From Hemiscyllium ocellatum (taxonomy: Eukaryota), in contig NW_026867509.1 in assembly GCF_020745735.1 (NCBI RefSeq), positions 1,364,001 through 1,428,000 on the forward strand: 64,000 nt of DNA, read 5' to 3'. Each line of letters opens with the position of its first letter. Position 1 is the stretch's first letter. Position numbers and translations under genes: made by a program. A model generated the notes under the pieces. It did not search any database and was not told where the DNA came from. It saw nothing but the letters and a program-made list of their open reading frames with translations. Of the stretch, positions 38,409 through 50,745 are shown piece by piece.

Positions 38409-38697
38409 ATATACCAGTTAGCTTGTGTCCCAGAGTCCGCCTCTGCAAACGTTTGTTAGTGTTGACATTTTTGCACTGACGTGTGAATATTCGGGCTTCT
38501 GTCAGTCGACATTTTACTGGTGCAGTCTGCCGACAGGACAGGCTCCCGAGATGTTTCGTTCACAGAGGAGAGGCGAACAAAGAAAATGCTTCATGGGAAG
38601 GAAGTTTTGCGTCCATCCATACAGGAGTGAAAATCAGTCGGTTAATGATCTCCGAAATATAACTGAGAGATTCTGCAAGAAGTCGGTGTACAGTTCT
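38409..38697 (+). pseudogene. Leaderless supporting V-delta pseudogene (second cassette)
   Basis: ttccag acceptor; VSQSPPLQT...LTCEYSGFCQSTFYW..PTGQAPE, then frameshifted SFASIHTGVKISRLMISEI-stop-LRDSA; YYC region lost. Confidence 0.88.
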
Positions 38698-39020
38698 TAA
38701 AGTGATACAGATCATGGATACAGCTGTACAATATCCTGAACGTTTGGTTGGTAGGGTGGTATGAAAACGTGAACATGGAGGGAAAACAAATGCAGTCATA
38801 CAGGGCATGGAAGGAACCGTATAAAAACCAGAACATTGTTCGATTACTGACAAAGTGATACAGAACACGAAAAGAGCCGTACAAAAGAACTTGTTCATGG
38901 TAGGAATGATAGAAATAGTGACACAGAAAGATCTGTTCAAAATTATGTTTGCAGTGGTTTGTAACGCTGGACTCGGAGAACCGTGTTAGGATGGGGTGTG
39001 ATGAAAAGTTTGTCGACATA
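38698..39020 (+). repeat. Degenerate ~60-bp RSS-unit array (second copy)
   Basis: taaagtg-23-acaatatcc (38698), tgcagtc-23-ataaaaacc (38791), caaagtg-23-acaaaagaa (38851), aatagtg..(38914); spacer sequences similar to array 1. Confidence 0.8.
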
Positions 39021-41680
39021 ACTGCCTTGGTTAAATGGCACCTATTGTTTGGCAATGAACTATTTATAGAGAAAACGTCATACTTATAGGAAAGGTTCTG
39101 GCATTTATGTCAACCAGCACTTGTAACTTGCAAAAATTTTACACTTTGATATTGGAAAATCAATCAGTAAAGCGGCATCATATATTTAACATAAGAGGTG
39201 AATAGTATGAGCAGATTCATCAATACATTGCATATTCTAGGTGGATAAGCAGTGGAGGAGTACACGTGTGTTGGACTCTTGGGAGGCAGCAAACACTCCG
39301 GGACGAATTGGTTTCCACTTTCATCATATAGTGGTTGCGAGGGGTGAAAGCATCATCGAATAATATTCCTCTATGTTTTGTATTTTCATGACGTTAACTT
39401 TCCTTTTTTTAAAGAAGGAAAATCCAAATAAGCTTTCCTGCATCAGTGAGAATTTAATCTCTGAAACCATAATTCCAAGAATGACCCAAATACCTTCTCT
39501 CACTGCTCCCAGGAAAATCGATCCAAAAGCACAGAGTCACTAAAACCTGAACATTGACTGTCAGAGATCAATAATACCGAAAGAGCAAAAATGTTCTGTC
39601 GTTTTCCACTTTTTGTTTATTTTTGGCCATTGCAGAGCTCGACTTTATCGTTTTCAAATTAATTAGAATTATCACAATCGATTTCATTTTCTTTCCACAC
39701 TTACATTTCTGTTGTTTGTACAGAGAGGTTGTCCCAAAGTCTCTCAGTTGTCAGTTGGTTTCACTTTATGCAGGTTCACTGTGGTTTTCCTGTTACTCTG
39801 AGGAATTGTCTCTTCAGCGTCTCTGATAACTTAAATTTCCTCGAAACTATTGTTTGATTCTGTCCAATATTTTCTGGACCTCATTCTCTGAATTTCATGT
39901 TGTACACGAGCTTCGAAGAAGTTACTGCATATGTGACTAACTTAATAGGGCCTGAAGTTTCCTCACATGGCCTTCGCTCTGCTAACATTAGCATATGTTA
40001 ACAGTTGGAGTCATAAACCCACTTATGACTTTCTCCATTCTGTGTTTTCCAAGTTTTACCCATTTCAGATGTCAATGGTTCTATTCGGTTCCAGTGTGTT
40101 TTTGTATGAGTGCATCTTTCTTGATATCTCTAGTTGTTATTTTAGTGGGCTTCGATATGGATAGGCCTTTGTCGTGGAGTCATGCACCAATTCGAATTTC
40201 CGAATTTATTTCACTTAAACCGTGTAATAGTTAAACTATTTCTTTTCAGTATTGTCCTGGTTCCACGTTTTCTGGAGAAGCGAGATCCCATCTTTTCAAG
40301 TCTCTGTTATTATATTAATTTTTGATGGCATCTTTTTCAGCTGGAGAATGTGCCTTCGTGTTCAAACATCAAATCAAAAATGAACGTTAAATTTAGCAAC
40401 ATAGAACGACACTTTAACCTCGAGCCCGCTCTGCCATTTCATATGATCATTTTGTTCCGGTCATGGCTAATGAAATATCGTGGATGTGTAAAGCTCCAAT
40501 AGGACTGAAGAAAAACGATATCATCTCGTAAAATACAGTCAGTTTGATGTGTACTGTATGCAGAAGCGTTCACTACCTGCATCACTGACACTCAACTGGA
40601 GAAATATGCAACACCCACAAAAAGCACTGCAAACACGGACAGCATTCGAACACGAGGGTGAGTCTCCTAATGTCCGAACCGAATTTGATTTTCCCAGGAT
40701 CAAACGCAAATTATTTGAATGATAGATGTTGCTCTGTCTTAATTATCAGTATACATTCTTATTTTTCTCATCATGGTCACTTTGGAATACTGTTACAGTT
40801 GTGCTGAATCTTTCCAGGTACGAAAGATTATTTTGCTCGCTCAAGTGCCTTCCTGTTACGTTTCCTTTTTGAAGTTAAATTTAATTCCAGTTTTAGAATG
40901 TTGAATGGGCCCAGATTATTGTTGTACTTTATCTAAATCACTATACATTCAAGTGCACACTGTTCCTGTTACAGTTTCACCAGGTCATGATTGTTGATAG
41001 ACAAATTCACGCCTTCTTGATAAACAGAGTGAGCACACAATTAATAAATGTACACGATCCTATTTACTGTTGTGTCACGACTGACGAAATTGTGTCAATT
41101 TCCAAATCAGCAACATTTGTCTGTTTCTGTCACACTGCATTGCAGTTATTCTGTGCAGTTGACGACAGTGAGAATAATTTCAGCTCACTCCCCGTTCATT
41201 GCTCAGGGATCATAGATTGGGGGTCAAAAAACTGGACATTCATTGTGTGTCCTAATTGACGCTGCTATCGTTGACCCTCGACCGGTTATGACTCCACATC
41301 TATGCTTTGAGAGAAAACATTCCATCTTCAGATTCCTCTTTTAAACGCACCGTCAGCCCTGCACTAAACGAAGTCAGCTTCAGCTCCATACATTTAAACG
41401 GGCCACCAACTTAATGCTGAAACAATTCAGCTTCACCTGCATTTGTTCAAACTCACTACAAACCGTGAAACCCAGCATCAGCTATTACTATTTACTCACT
41501 TCGACTTCTGCAAATGGCTTAACAGTTACGTTCCTCACACTGTGATCATTCTGATTTCCTGGTGACACTGACATCTTGCTTTTTGGTTGTGCTCTCATTG
41601 CATTTGCAATTTGCTCCATTACATTGATGTTAAAGTGTAACAGTAAAAAACAACGACTTTGACATCAATATTTCTGCAAA

Positions 41681-42019
41681 TGTCATTTGAACAGACTGGG
41701 TCAAATAAGAGCCGCTTGCAGCGACACAGATAGAAGGAATTACGGTAATATTTCACTTCAGGCATTTGATCTCAGCTAATTTCCACTCGTTAAAAGGAAA
41801 GTAAGTACGGTGGAGAATTTCCACATCCATGATTTAATCCCATCTCATGGAGAGGATTTCAAAGCAGGAAGTATTGGCAAACAATTCTTTGCATTTCTGG
41901 GTAATTTCAAAAGAGAGGGGAGTTTCACCATCAGCGAGCTGTGTCTGCCTGACAGTGCACTTTATTATTGTGGTCGTAGACACAGGGACAGGATACAAAT
42001 GGATGCTCTCACTGAAACT
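41681..42019 (+). pseudogene. TCR V pseudogene with 23-RSS
   Basis: Acceptor mutated (ttctgcaa); 3' half FLGNFKREGSFTISELCLPDSALYYCGRR; RSS cacaggg-23-actgaaact (41981-42019); same family as 50190-50745. Confidence 0.85.
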
Positions 42020-42889
42020 CTGGTGTACTGGGGAACAGTAAACAGGAATCGAAGCACAGTGAAATTAAGCCTACTTTTAATAAAACAGTCACGAATCGGA
42101 ACTGATATAAAATGGAAATTTAAATACATAGCAAGTAGGTGTAGGTGCAGGCCATTCGGACTTTCGAGTCTGCAACATCGCCCAAAATGATCATGGCTTC
42201 TGTGCTTCCTCTTCATGCTGCTTGATCCGTTTAGCTTTAACGGCCATGCCCTGCTCTCCCTTGAATATATCTAATGAATGGTCTCCAAAAGCACTTTATG
42301 ATAGAGAATTCTACAAGCTCACGACTATGTGTTTGAAGAGTTTTCTTTCCTACTGACATGACTGAACGGTTTACCCCTTGTTCTTAGACTGTGATCCTAA
42401 TTTTGGACTTTCCCAACATTGCGAGTATTCTTCCCACATCGAAGCTGTCCAATGCCACCATGATTTCACATGTTTCTTCAAGATACCGACTCCTCACGTG
42501 CCCAGTTTTATAAATTTCCAGCACAAGCCCAATCGAAACGATTTAAAATCCAAAGGGGACGGGTTGGAAATGATTCATCTGTACTTTTTACATCGTACTC
42601 TTTGTGAACATAATTTATTGAAAATTTATTGAACAATTTATTGAAAAAAGCTTAGCAATATATTTTGCATTGTGTTTCAGTTCAATCAGAAAATTGACTG
42701 AATACCAAAAGAACCCTGGAAAATAGCAAAAGGCTTACAACAAGCACAGGCAGCGTTTTGGGAATTCTGAACAGAGCGGCTGAAAGTTTAATATAATCAC
42801 GAATGCGATGTTCATTTCTCCTGCATGATCAGACATTGTTATGAACTTGATGCTGCATGCCTTTGCATCTCTATATGTTTGTATGCCAG

Positions 42890-43700
42890 TGTCATCATTT
42901 ACAAATGATAGAGTGAATATCAGAAATATAGATATGGATACGAGAGGACAAACAGAAGAGGTAAAGAAACAGTGGGACACATTCTCGAACAAAAATGGGG
43001 AGATATAGAAAATCAAGGGACAGTAATATGGAGAGGCAGAGAAAAGGACAGAAACAGACGGATAGAGTCAGCGAACCTTGTCGTGCCGAGTGATAAGTAA
43101 ATTGATATTATGTGATGTAGAGAATGAAATATAGAAAGAACGAGAACGAAAATAAAATACAAGAAGAGGCTGATAGAGAAACAGAGGGAAAAGCGTAAAT
43201 TGAGTGAAAAGTGAAGGGAACATTCAAGGAGTAATAATGGGAGAAATATACCAACTGAAGGAGACTGAGCACGATTGATAGACAAGAATAGAGAGATGCA
43301 CAAACAGAGAGAGAGAGACAATGAGGGAAAGAGACAGAGAGAAAGACAAAGGTGAAGTGAGAGAGAAAATCAAACTAAAATGTGAAATTGTCAAAAATGT
43401 TAAATCGGATTGAAGGAGATTGTACAACAGCGCAATGGATAACCATTTAATGAAAGGGCGTGATAGACGTGAATTTGGAATTAAATTGAATAACAAGATA
43501 GAGGGAATCCAAAAGGAGTTTATGAAATCGAAATATAGGACTGGGGCAGATGCAGAACAAATGGACAGGAAACGAAATTGAGGGATTTTTCAGACAATCA
43601 TGAATAGGGAGACCGCGAATGCAATGAAACAATCTGCACATTGAGAGAAATGCAACTGAAATAACACAACCATTTAGAGGGTGAAATGGTGAACTCAGAT
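42890..43700 (+). repeat. Purine-rich (GA/GACA-like) low-complexity tract
   Basis: Strong A/G skew on the + strand; produces spurious hydrophobic minus-strand ORFs. Confidence 0.7.
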
Positions 43701-45029
43701 CAGGCGCACACATCAACTCAGAGGGGGAAAAAAGTGTTTACTACGACACAGGATTGGTTGAACGCTCAGTGCTGACGAAGTTTGAACACCAATCACTGTT
43801 GATCGAGGACAAATGACGTTTTCTGGTTGTTTCCGTATCTCCATATTCTGTCTTTCTCTGTATCTACGGATTTGCAGTCTCTTCAGTACTCTTCTTCCTC
43901 TCTCAATCGCATAAGCTCTCCACTTCACAATTATGTACTGTGTCTGAACACAAATCTCATTTTATCATGTTGCTCTAAGTAGAATGTGTGGAAATTCCAA
44001 TTCATCCAACTCTCCCATTCCAAACACGAGTAATTGCTTCTTGAATGGAAGAATTCAATTCCATCTCTGATTTAAAATGAAAATGGAAGCTTCTGCACCC
44101 AAATTCTTAGTATCCAGAAAGAGTGTGAGCAAGGTTCTTGTCTGTATCATAGAGTCATAGAGTCATAGATATTTTTCTTTTTGCAGCCAATTAAGACCAG
44201 AATATCATCGCGGTTTTCCTGATTTCACTTTCTTAAAATAACATGAAATGACAGACATGGACAAAAGTTTAAGTTCAAAGGAGGAAAATGAGGTTTCATT
44301 TTGAAGTCGATATTACTTCCGCATTTCTGTCTATCTGGAGTGAATATTATAAATACAGGAATAAATCATAATAATGAGGCCTAATTATTTAAGAACACAA
44401 TTCCGCAAAACTTCAATTTAGAGATTTTGAAGGCAAGACTATTTCACTCATATTATGAGAAACCGAAGCTCCAAAGTCGACTTTGTAGCAGGTCCCGCTT
44501 GGTTAACATCAATGCTCTGTACTAGGTCACAAATCCATTCGTTCTGGATTAACAATCTGGTTCCATGATCTGAATTTTGCTTGGAAATGTATTATTCTGA
44601 ACTTAGATAATCGAATAAACTTCTGAAATTGATGCTAGTATTTTGAGTGGAGTACTATATCGGGATAAATTCTTCTTGATTCAGAATGTTGTGCTGGAAA
44701 ATAAATCTGTTGTTCTCTGTAATTTACTTGGGAACTCAACGTCTCAGGTAAAAGCATAACTGTAATTTTCGTTCGACTTTTGCCATTTTATTTATGCAGC
44801 GACGAAGATCTGTTACGGAAACAGAACACGGCTGAGCAATGCTGTTTGAAATTTCCAAAAAAACCCACTTTTTGGTAGATGATTCCATGTAACCCTTTGT
44901 ATAGTAACAGTGTTTAAGTTGACCCTCCAACTTGCATTAATTAATGTCTTAAACTATAACTCTGATTAAAAATAAAAGATTTTGCAGTTGACAGAAGATG
45001 CATCTGTCATGTTTTCTGTGTAGACGAGG

Positions 45030-46200
45030 CAATGTTCTGCTCCCGCACCACGTGACACAATGTTGCAATCAAAAGAAAAGGAGCAGTAAAACAGAAGAGC
45101 TGTACAAACTCTGCACATCTTCACAGAGCCAAATGTGGAGAGAAAGAGAAGAACCAGCCACAGAAATATCACGGTTTGATGTGGAAGAGAAATGAAGGCT
45201 CAAATAACTACAGAAAGTAAAGGCAAAGACGATAAATAGAAGGACACATATACCGCTACAAATTTGTAATAGGAAACAGTGGGAAATATAAAAGGGATAC
45301 CAAACAGAAGGGGAAGTGGAGCGAGGGAGAGGGTAAGGGTGTGTAAGAATAATCAGAAATACAGATATGGAAGCGTGACACAAAGAAAGACTTAAAAAAG
45401 ATTGGAACACATTCTGAAACAGAAATACAGAGATAAAGAAAACCGATATAGAGCAACCGGGAGAGAGAGAGATAGATAAAGAGAGAGAGAGATAGAGAGT
45501 GACAACGGAGAGAGACAGAGAGAGAGACGGTGAGAGTGAGAGAGAGAGAGAGAGAGAGAGCAGAAGCAGAATTATGAGGGCGCAGAACGTTGTGGACGGA
45601 GAGAGAGAGACCGAGACATAAATGTATTCATTTTAAGCGAGATAGGGAAGGAAACACGGACGGAATGACGACAAAATGTAGGAAGAAAAATAAAAGAGGC
45701 TCATGGAGAAACAGATAGACACCTGTGAGTTGGAGTAAAATGTAGCATTCAAGGGTAGAGAAATCGAGAAACAAAGAGACTGAGAGTGACTGACAGAAAG
45801 TCATTGAGAGAAGCAGACGCATATAGCAATAGGTAGAGGAAGAGAGAGAGAGAGGTATAAAGAAAGAAAAAGTTTCAGTGAGAAAGACAGAAGAAAACTC
45901 CAAAGTGAGAGCAGTTTTAAATGACAATAAATGAGATAGTACAACAGTCCAATGTCTCAACATTGAGGCAAAAGAGATGGTTAATACACATGTGGAATTA
46001 ATACGCCATTAGTGAGCAAGAGAGAGGGAAGCGAAAAAACGACCATGAAAATGTAGTGAAGGTGAAGAGCATTTTGGGAAAAAGAGGCAAAAAAAATGAA
46101 TGCAGAAATCAAACAAATATGAGTTGGGAGCATGTAAATTAAATGGAACAATCAGCAAATTTAGAGTTTTTGCAATAAAATGACGACAAGGACTGAAAAG
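45030..46200 (+). repeat. Purine-rich tract with (GA)n microsatellite at ~45460-45560
   Basis: gagagagagagagagagagag core; flanks share motifs with 42890-43700. Confidence 0.75.
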
Positions 46201-47196
46201 CGAATAAATTGAGGAAGATCGAGTTAACCAAGCAGAAGACTTATTTAAAATCAGAAGCAGATTCAATCTGTTTCAAGGACGAAATTTTGGATGACTCAAC
46301 ATCTCCTCTGCTTTGACCGAATAATTTCGGAATCATTTTTGAAAACAACCTCTATGCTGGAGGAGCTTTATGTCTTACGCATTTCAGGACAGATGCAAGA
46401 ATGAAAAGAACGTATTAACTTATGCCATAGGAGAATGCTGATATAATATCACTCCTTTTCACCACCCGTTTTCCTGACGTGACGAATTGCAGAACAGAAC
46501 AGTATTGAGCTCATTGGGCTTTGTATAAAAAATTGGATTTCCAACTGGAATAGATGTTACCTTCTGTCGCTCGCCAGAAGAAGGAAATCAGTACAGCGAC
46601 TAGTATCAATATGCCATCCCATTTCTTGATGAATTATCATTTCAGCCAGAACAAATTTCTGTGCAAATCTATCATCATACCTCTCGAAACATGTTGGAAG
46701 TTTATTTTTTATTTTATTGTTGCTGCTGCAGCTCTCTAAGTTTGCAAGTTGAGAATTTATTCACCACTTCAGTTCACAAATGTCGCATTTATTACATTTA
46801 ATCCGAGCACAGTAATTGCCATATTTTGATCTGGAAAGGAAAGAGTTGAACCTTCCTGAACTCGTCCCTAAATTAAATGGTATACATCAGCTGAACGTTT
46901 TTGCTGAATGGTTCATGAACCGAGTCCATCAACGGCATTTAATGTTTGGCATGTTAAACGCCAGATGTATATTAACATTGCTTTATAACACAGTGGAGAA
47001 ATGGACATCAAAGAAGACACTAAACTTGCATCAAAACAAACGAAATTACTCGTTGTAGAACATGTCGTCCTTAATACACTTCGATATATGTTTGTAAATT
47101 AATGCTCAAAAAAGAGTCATTTATTTGAATGTTTCAGGGGAGAATGTCACCGTGATATATCATCATTTAACTTAATATTTCTATATGCTTTAACAG

Positions 47197-47538
47197 GGCA
47201 ATGTATGAAGAGACTGGTTTCGACAGACACGAACTGAAACAGTAAATGTAGGCCATGACGTTCAATTATTCTGTAATTACACAATTGCAAGCAGGAGCTT
47301 GCATTACCTGTTCTGTTATCTTCAATATTGAAGTGGATCCATTCAGTGTTTGGTACATAAGAATAGGATTAGAGGCAATGCAGAAGAATCTCCACAGATC
47401 GTTTCTCAGTGAAACTCACTGAATCGAACCGAACTGTTCTGCTAAAACCTGTGAAAGCACATCTGACGGACTGCACTGTGTATTATTGCACACTGAGACC
47501 AACAGAGACATAGAATTTGAGTGAACCTTACAAGAACT
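47197..47538 (+). pseudogene. TCR alpha/delta V pseudogene
   Basis: ttaacag acceptor; VGHDVQLFCNYTIASRSLHYLFCYLQY-stop...(frameshift) DRFSVKLTESNRTVLLKPVKAHLTDCTVYYCTLRP; RSS-like aacagag-22-acaagaact. Confidence 0.85.
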
Positions 47539-47939
47539 GTTAGACTGCCGAGCAACGTGTCAGCGAATGAACGAGTTGAGGTATTCACAGACGGTTTATC
47601 AGTGGCAAGTCACGATTAACCCCATAATTCGTCATCTTCTCATGCATTCAGTTTTCTAATAATTGCATTGCGTAGAAGTGAATTCAGATGCAATTTTGCA
47701 TTTCTACTTTTTCAGTTAGCCACGTATGCAAGCAGATTTATCACCGTGAACAAAGAACAAATGAAGGGCAAACTTCTATATTTGTAAGAAAACGCGGGAG
47801 GGAAGCTCACGGACAAGGTTGGGTGACTGCAAATAGATCACTGGCATCAGTTAAACTGAAATGAAATTATAATGAATGGCTGTGAACAACTTTTGTGGTT
47901 TTCTGTTTATTGGGCAGATCAGAATGGCGCAAAAAATCT

Positions 47940-48260
47940 GCAAGGAGCTCAGTGGTTAATGCTGCTGCCTCTCACGACCAGCGAGTAATGTTTTCTTCCA
48001 CCCCCAGGTGACTGTCGGTGTGGAATTTGCAAAATTCCAACATCACCACTCACCCCGCACCGTGTCTGTATGAATTTCCTCAGGTTCCCTGGTTTTCTCC
48101 GATAATTCAAAAGTCTGCAAATTAAGTGGCTTTGTCATGAGGAAATCCAGAGTTACATGGATAGTTTAGGTCTTCCAGGTGGGATGCTGTTTGGCAGGAC
48201 GGTGTGGATTCATTGGCTGAATGACCTGCTTCCATACTGTTGCGATTTTGTGATTCAGTG
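47940..48260 (+). mobile_element. Old, diverged tRNA-derived SINE
   Basis: gctcagtggttaatgctgctgcctc head, tttcctcaggttccctggttttctcc centre, ggtgggatgctgttt..acctgcttccatactgt tail. Confidence 0.7.
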
Positions 48261-48659
48261 GCTGCGAAATACAATAAGTTACGGGCTGTAGGCAAACCAT
48301 GTAAATTCAGATGCAGAGATGCATGCATGTACAGTCACGCAGTATAAGATTCATAAATATGCCTGGCACCAAGTGAAAATTAATGTCGACTCTGCACTTG
48401 CATTATTTTTAATCTAATTCAAAGCGTTGCTTCTTCTTGTTGTTAACTGGCGTTTTTCGAATAAGTTCTTTTGTTTTTAATATTGTCAATTTTTTACTTC
48501 GCCAGAACAAGATCAGCTATGGTCAGCTTTCGTGAACGTACTGCTGCATTACGTTCAGAAAGAATTCGATGCAAAAGGTGTAGGTAAAATCTTTCTATTC
48601 TGTCACACTTGTATTTTAAATCGTTTCACCTGGCTTGTAATCACCTGAGTTTAGACGAA

Positions 48660-49040
48660 CGGGCGTGGCAGGATCTCAGAGAAACAGATAAAATAATGAA
48701 GGGATTTGACAGTTTAGATGGTGAGAGAATGCTTACGATATTGGGGAAGTCCAGAATTAGGGTCACAGTCTCAGAATAAAAGGTAATCTAATCGTGACTG
48801 AGAAGAGGAAGCATCTCTTACCTGAGAGAGATATGAACCTTTGGAATTCTGTGCAACTGACAGCTGATGGAGTCTGTTAATTAGCTGTATTTATGGAATA
48901 GCTGGACATGGCCCTTGTTATGACAGTGATCAAGAGGCATAGAGAGACGGCGAAAGTGGCATATTAAAATTGCATGATCAGCCATGAGCATATTGAATGG
49001 GGCTTTTGATATGAAGGGCTAAATGGCCTAACTCCGACAC
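48660..49040 (+). mobile_element. CR1-like LINE 3' end
   Basis: gatctcagagaaaca..aagggatttgacagt..gggtcacagtctcagaataaaagg..ttggaattctgtgc CR1 tail pattern. Confidence 0.7.
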
Positions 49041-49065
49041 TTAATTTCTATGTTTGTATTTTAAA

Positions 49066-50060
49066 GTTAAAAATCACACAACGCCAGGTTATAATTAAAC
49101 AGGTTTATTTAGAATCATTAGCTTTCGGTGTGCTGCTCCTTTTTAGGTAGTTGTGGAGAATAAGATTGTAAGGCACACAATTTATAGCAAAAACTTACAA
49201 TGTGATGTAACTGAAATTATATATTGAAAAACATCTGGAGTGTTTGTTACATCTCTCATCTTTTAAAATGATTTTAGGTTCTTGCATATGTAAATCGCAA
49301 AACCTATTTTTTTTTACAAGTTACGTTCTCAAGTGCACTTTAACAATTAGTGTTTGTCCTATACACAGCTACAGATAGACGGACACACACATGTGCACAC
49401 GTGTGCGTGCACACACATAGACATACAGAAATACACACACATACTCAGACTCTCTATCATACACTCAAACATACACTCCATCTCACAGATTAAACTCCAT
49501 TTATACTCACCCTCACACACACACTCTCACAGACACACATAATCCCCCACACCCCAAAACTCACATGCCCCAACATGCGCATATGCACATATAATTTTGA
49601 GGCGTGAATTCTACTTGCAGAATTACATTTTACATTGCGCAAAAACTGCACAAATCCATGTAAGATTCTGTAAATCCGTAGGTTAGATTAGAATCACTCT
49701 GACCATTGTGGTATAGACAGCCTCACAGGGAGTTAACACCTTCAATGCCTTATCTGGGCCGACATGACACCAATTGTTAAAGTGCACTTGAAAATGTAAC
49801 TTTTAAAGAATGGTTTATCGATTTACATAGGAAAGAACTGAAACCAAGATGGTCATTCAAAAAGATGAGAGACTTAACAATTAATCCAGGTCATTTTCAA
49901 AATATAATCTCAGGTCCATCGCATTGAAGAGTTTTGCTATAAATTCTGTGCCTTAGAAATTTGTTCTCCACAATCACCTGATGAAGGATCAGCACTCTGA
50001 AAACTAGTGCTTCCAAATCAACCTGTTTAATTATAACCTGGTGTTGGGTGATGTTTCAAT
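49066..50060. mobile_element. Inverted-repeat element (~290-bp arms, CA-rich core), probably Penelope pLTR-derived
   Basis: Terminal 36 nt 33/36 complementary; inner arms 49280-49355 vs 49768-49830; degenerate ctgatga..gaaa core at 49978-50002; (CA)n-rich interior 49380-49590. Confidence 0.8.
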
Positions 50061-50189
50061 TTTGTGCACCCCAGTATAACACTGGCGTCTCCAAATCATG
50101 TCCATTTTAAAGCATCACTATTAAGTTTAGTAAGTATAGGCTTCTTTTCAATGTGCTCCGAGCCCATTCACCGTTCCCCACGACAGCAG

Positions 50190-50745
50190 AGTTTTTGCTC
50201 GAAATTCCACCTGTTTCCTGTCACTGTGTCTCTCAGCCCGCAGTAATATACTACACTGTCTGACAGCCGCAGTCCGCTGATAGTGAAATTCCCCTCGTGT
50301 TTCGAAATATCCAGAAATGCAGAAAAACGACCGCCAACACTCTGTGCTTTGAAAACATTTTAATGTGATGACTTGCAGCTCAAGGAGGTAAGGGACTCTC
50401 CACCGTCCTGATGGTACAGACGGTACAGTTAGGAGAAATAGAAGGCAGCCGAAATCAAATAACTGAAGTAAACTGTTACTGAGTCTCCTTCAATCTCAGT
50501 TACTGGAATTGGTTCCTGTGAGAACTAACACGCACGACGAACAGCTGCAGAAATATAGATTTGAAAAAAAGAAGATTTTAGCGTTACATTCTGCAATCAA
50601 TGCAAAGGAACTTATTGCAAATGGAGGTAGAGTACAATTAAAGAGCAAGTTGTCCGTGTCATCGACAAGTGAGAATTGTTAGAGTGAGAACTTACCTGTT
50701 AAGAGAGCTAAAGCAGTGAGGAATGACTAAGTAATAATAACTGAT
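50190..50745 (-). pseudogene. TCR V pseudogene, inverted, with near-consensus 23-RSS
   Basis: Leader ends FLTALALLT G|gtaagt (50696). V exon 50544-50229 with stops, ending GGRFSAFLDISKHEGNFTISGLRLSDSVVYYCGLR; RSS cacagtg(50228-50222)-23-gcaaaaact. Confidence 0.9.

Noticed and set aside
42735-46266. Numerous hydrophobic minus-strand ORFs (S/L/F-rich)
   Set aside because: Translation of GA-rich low-complexity DNA.
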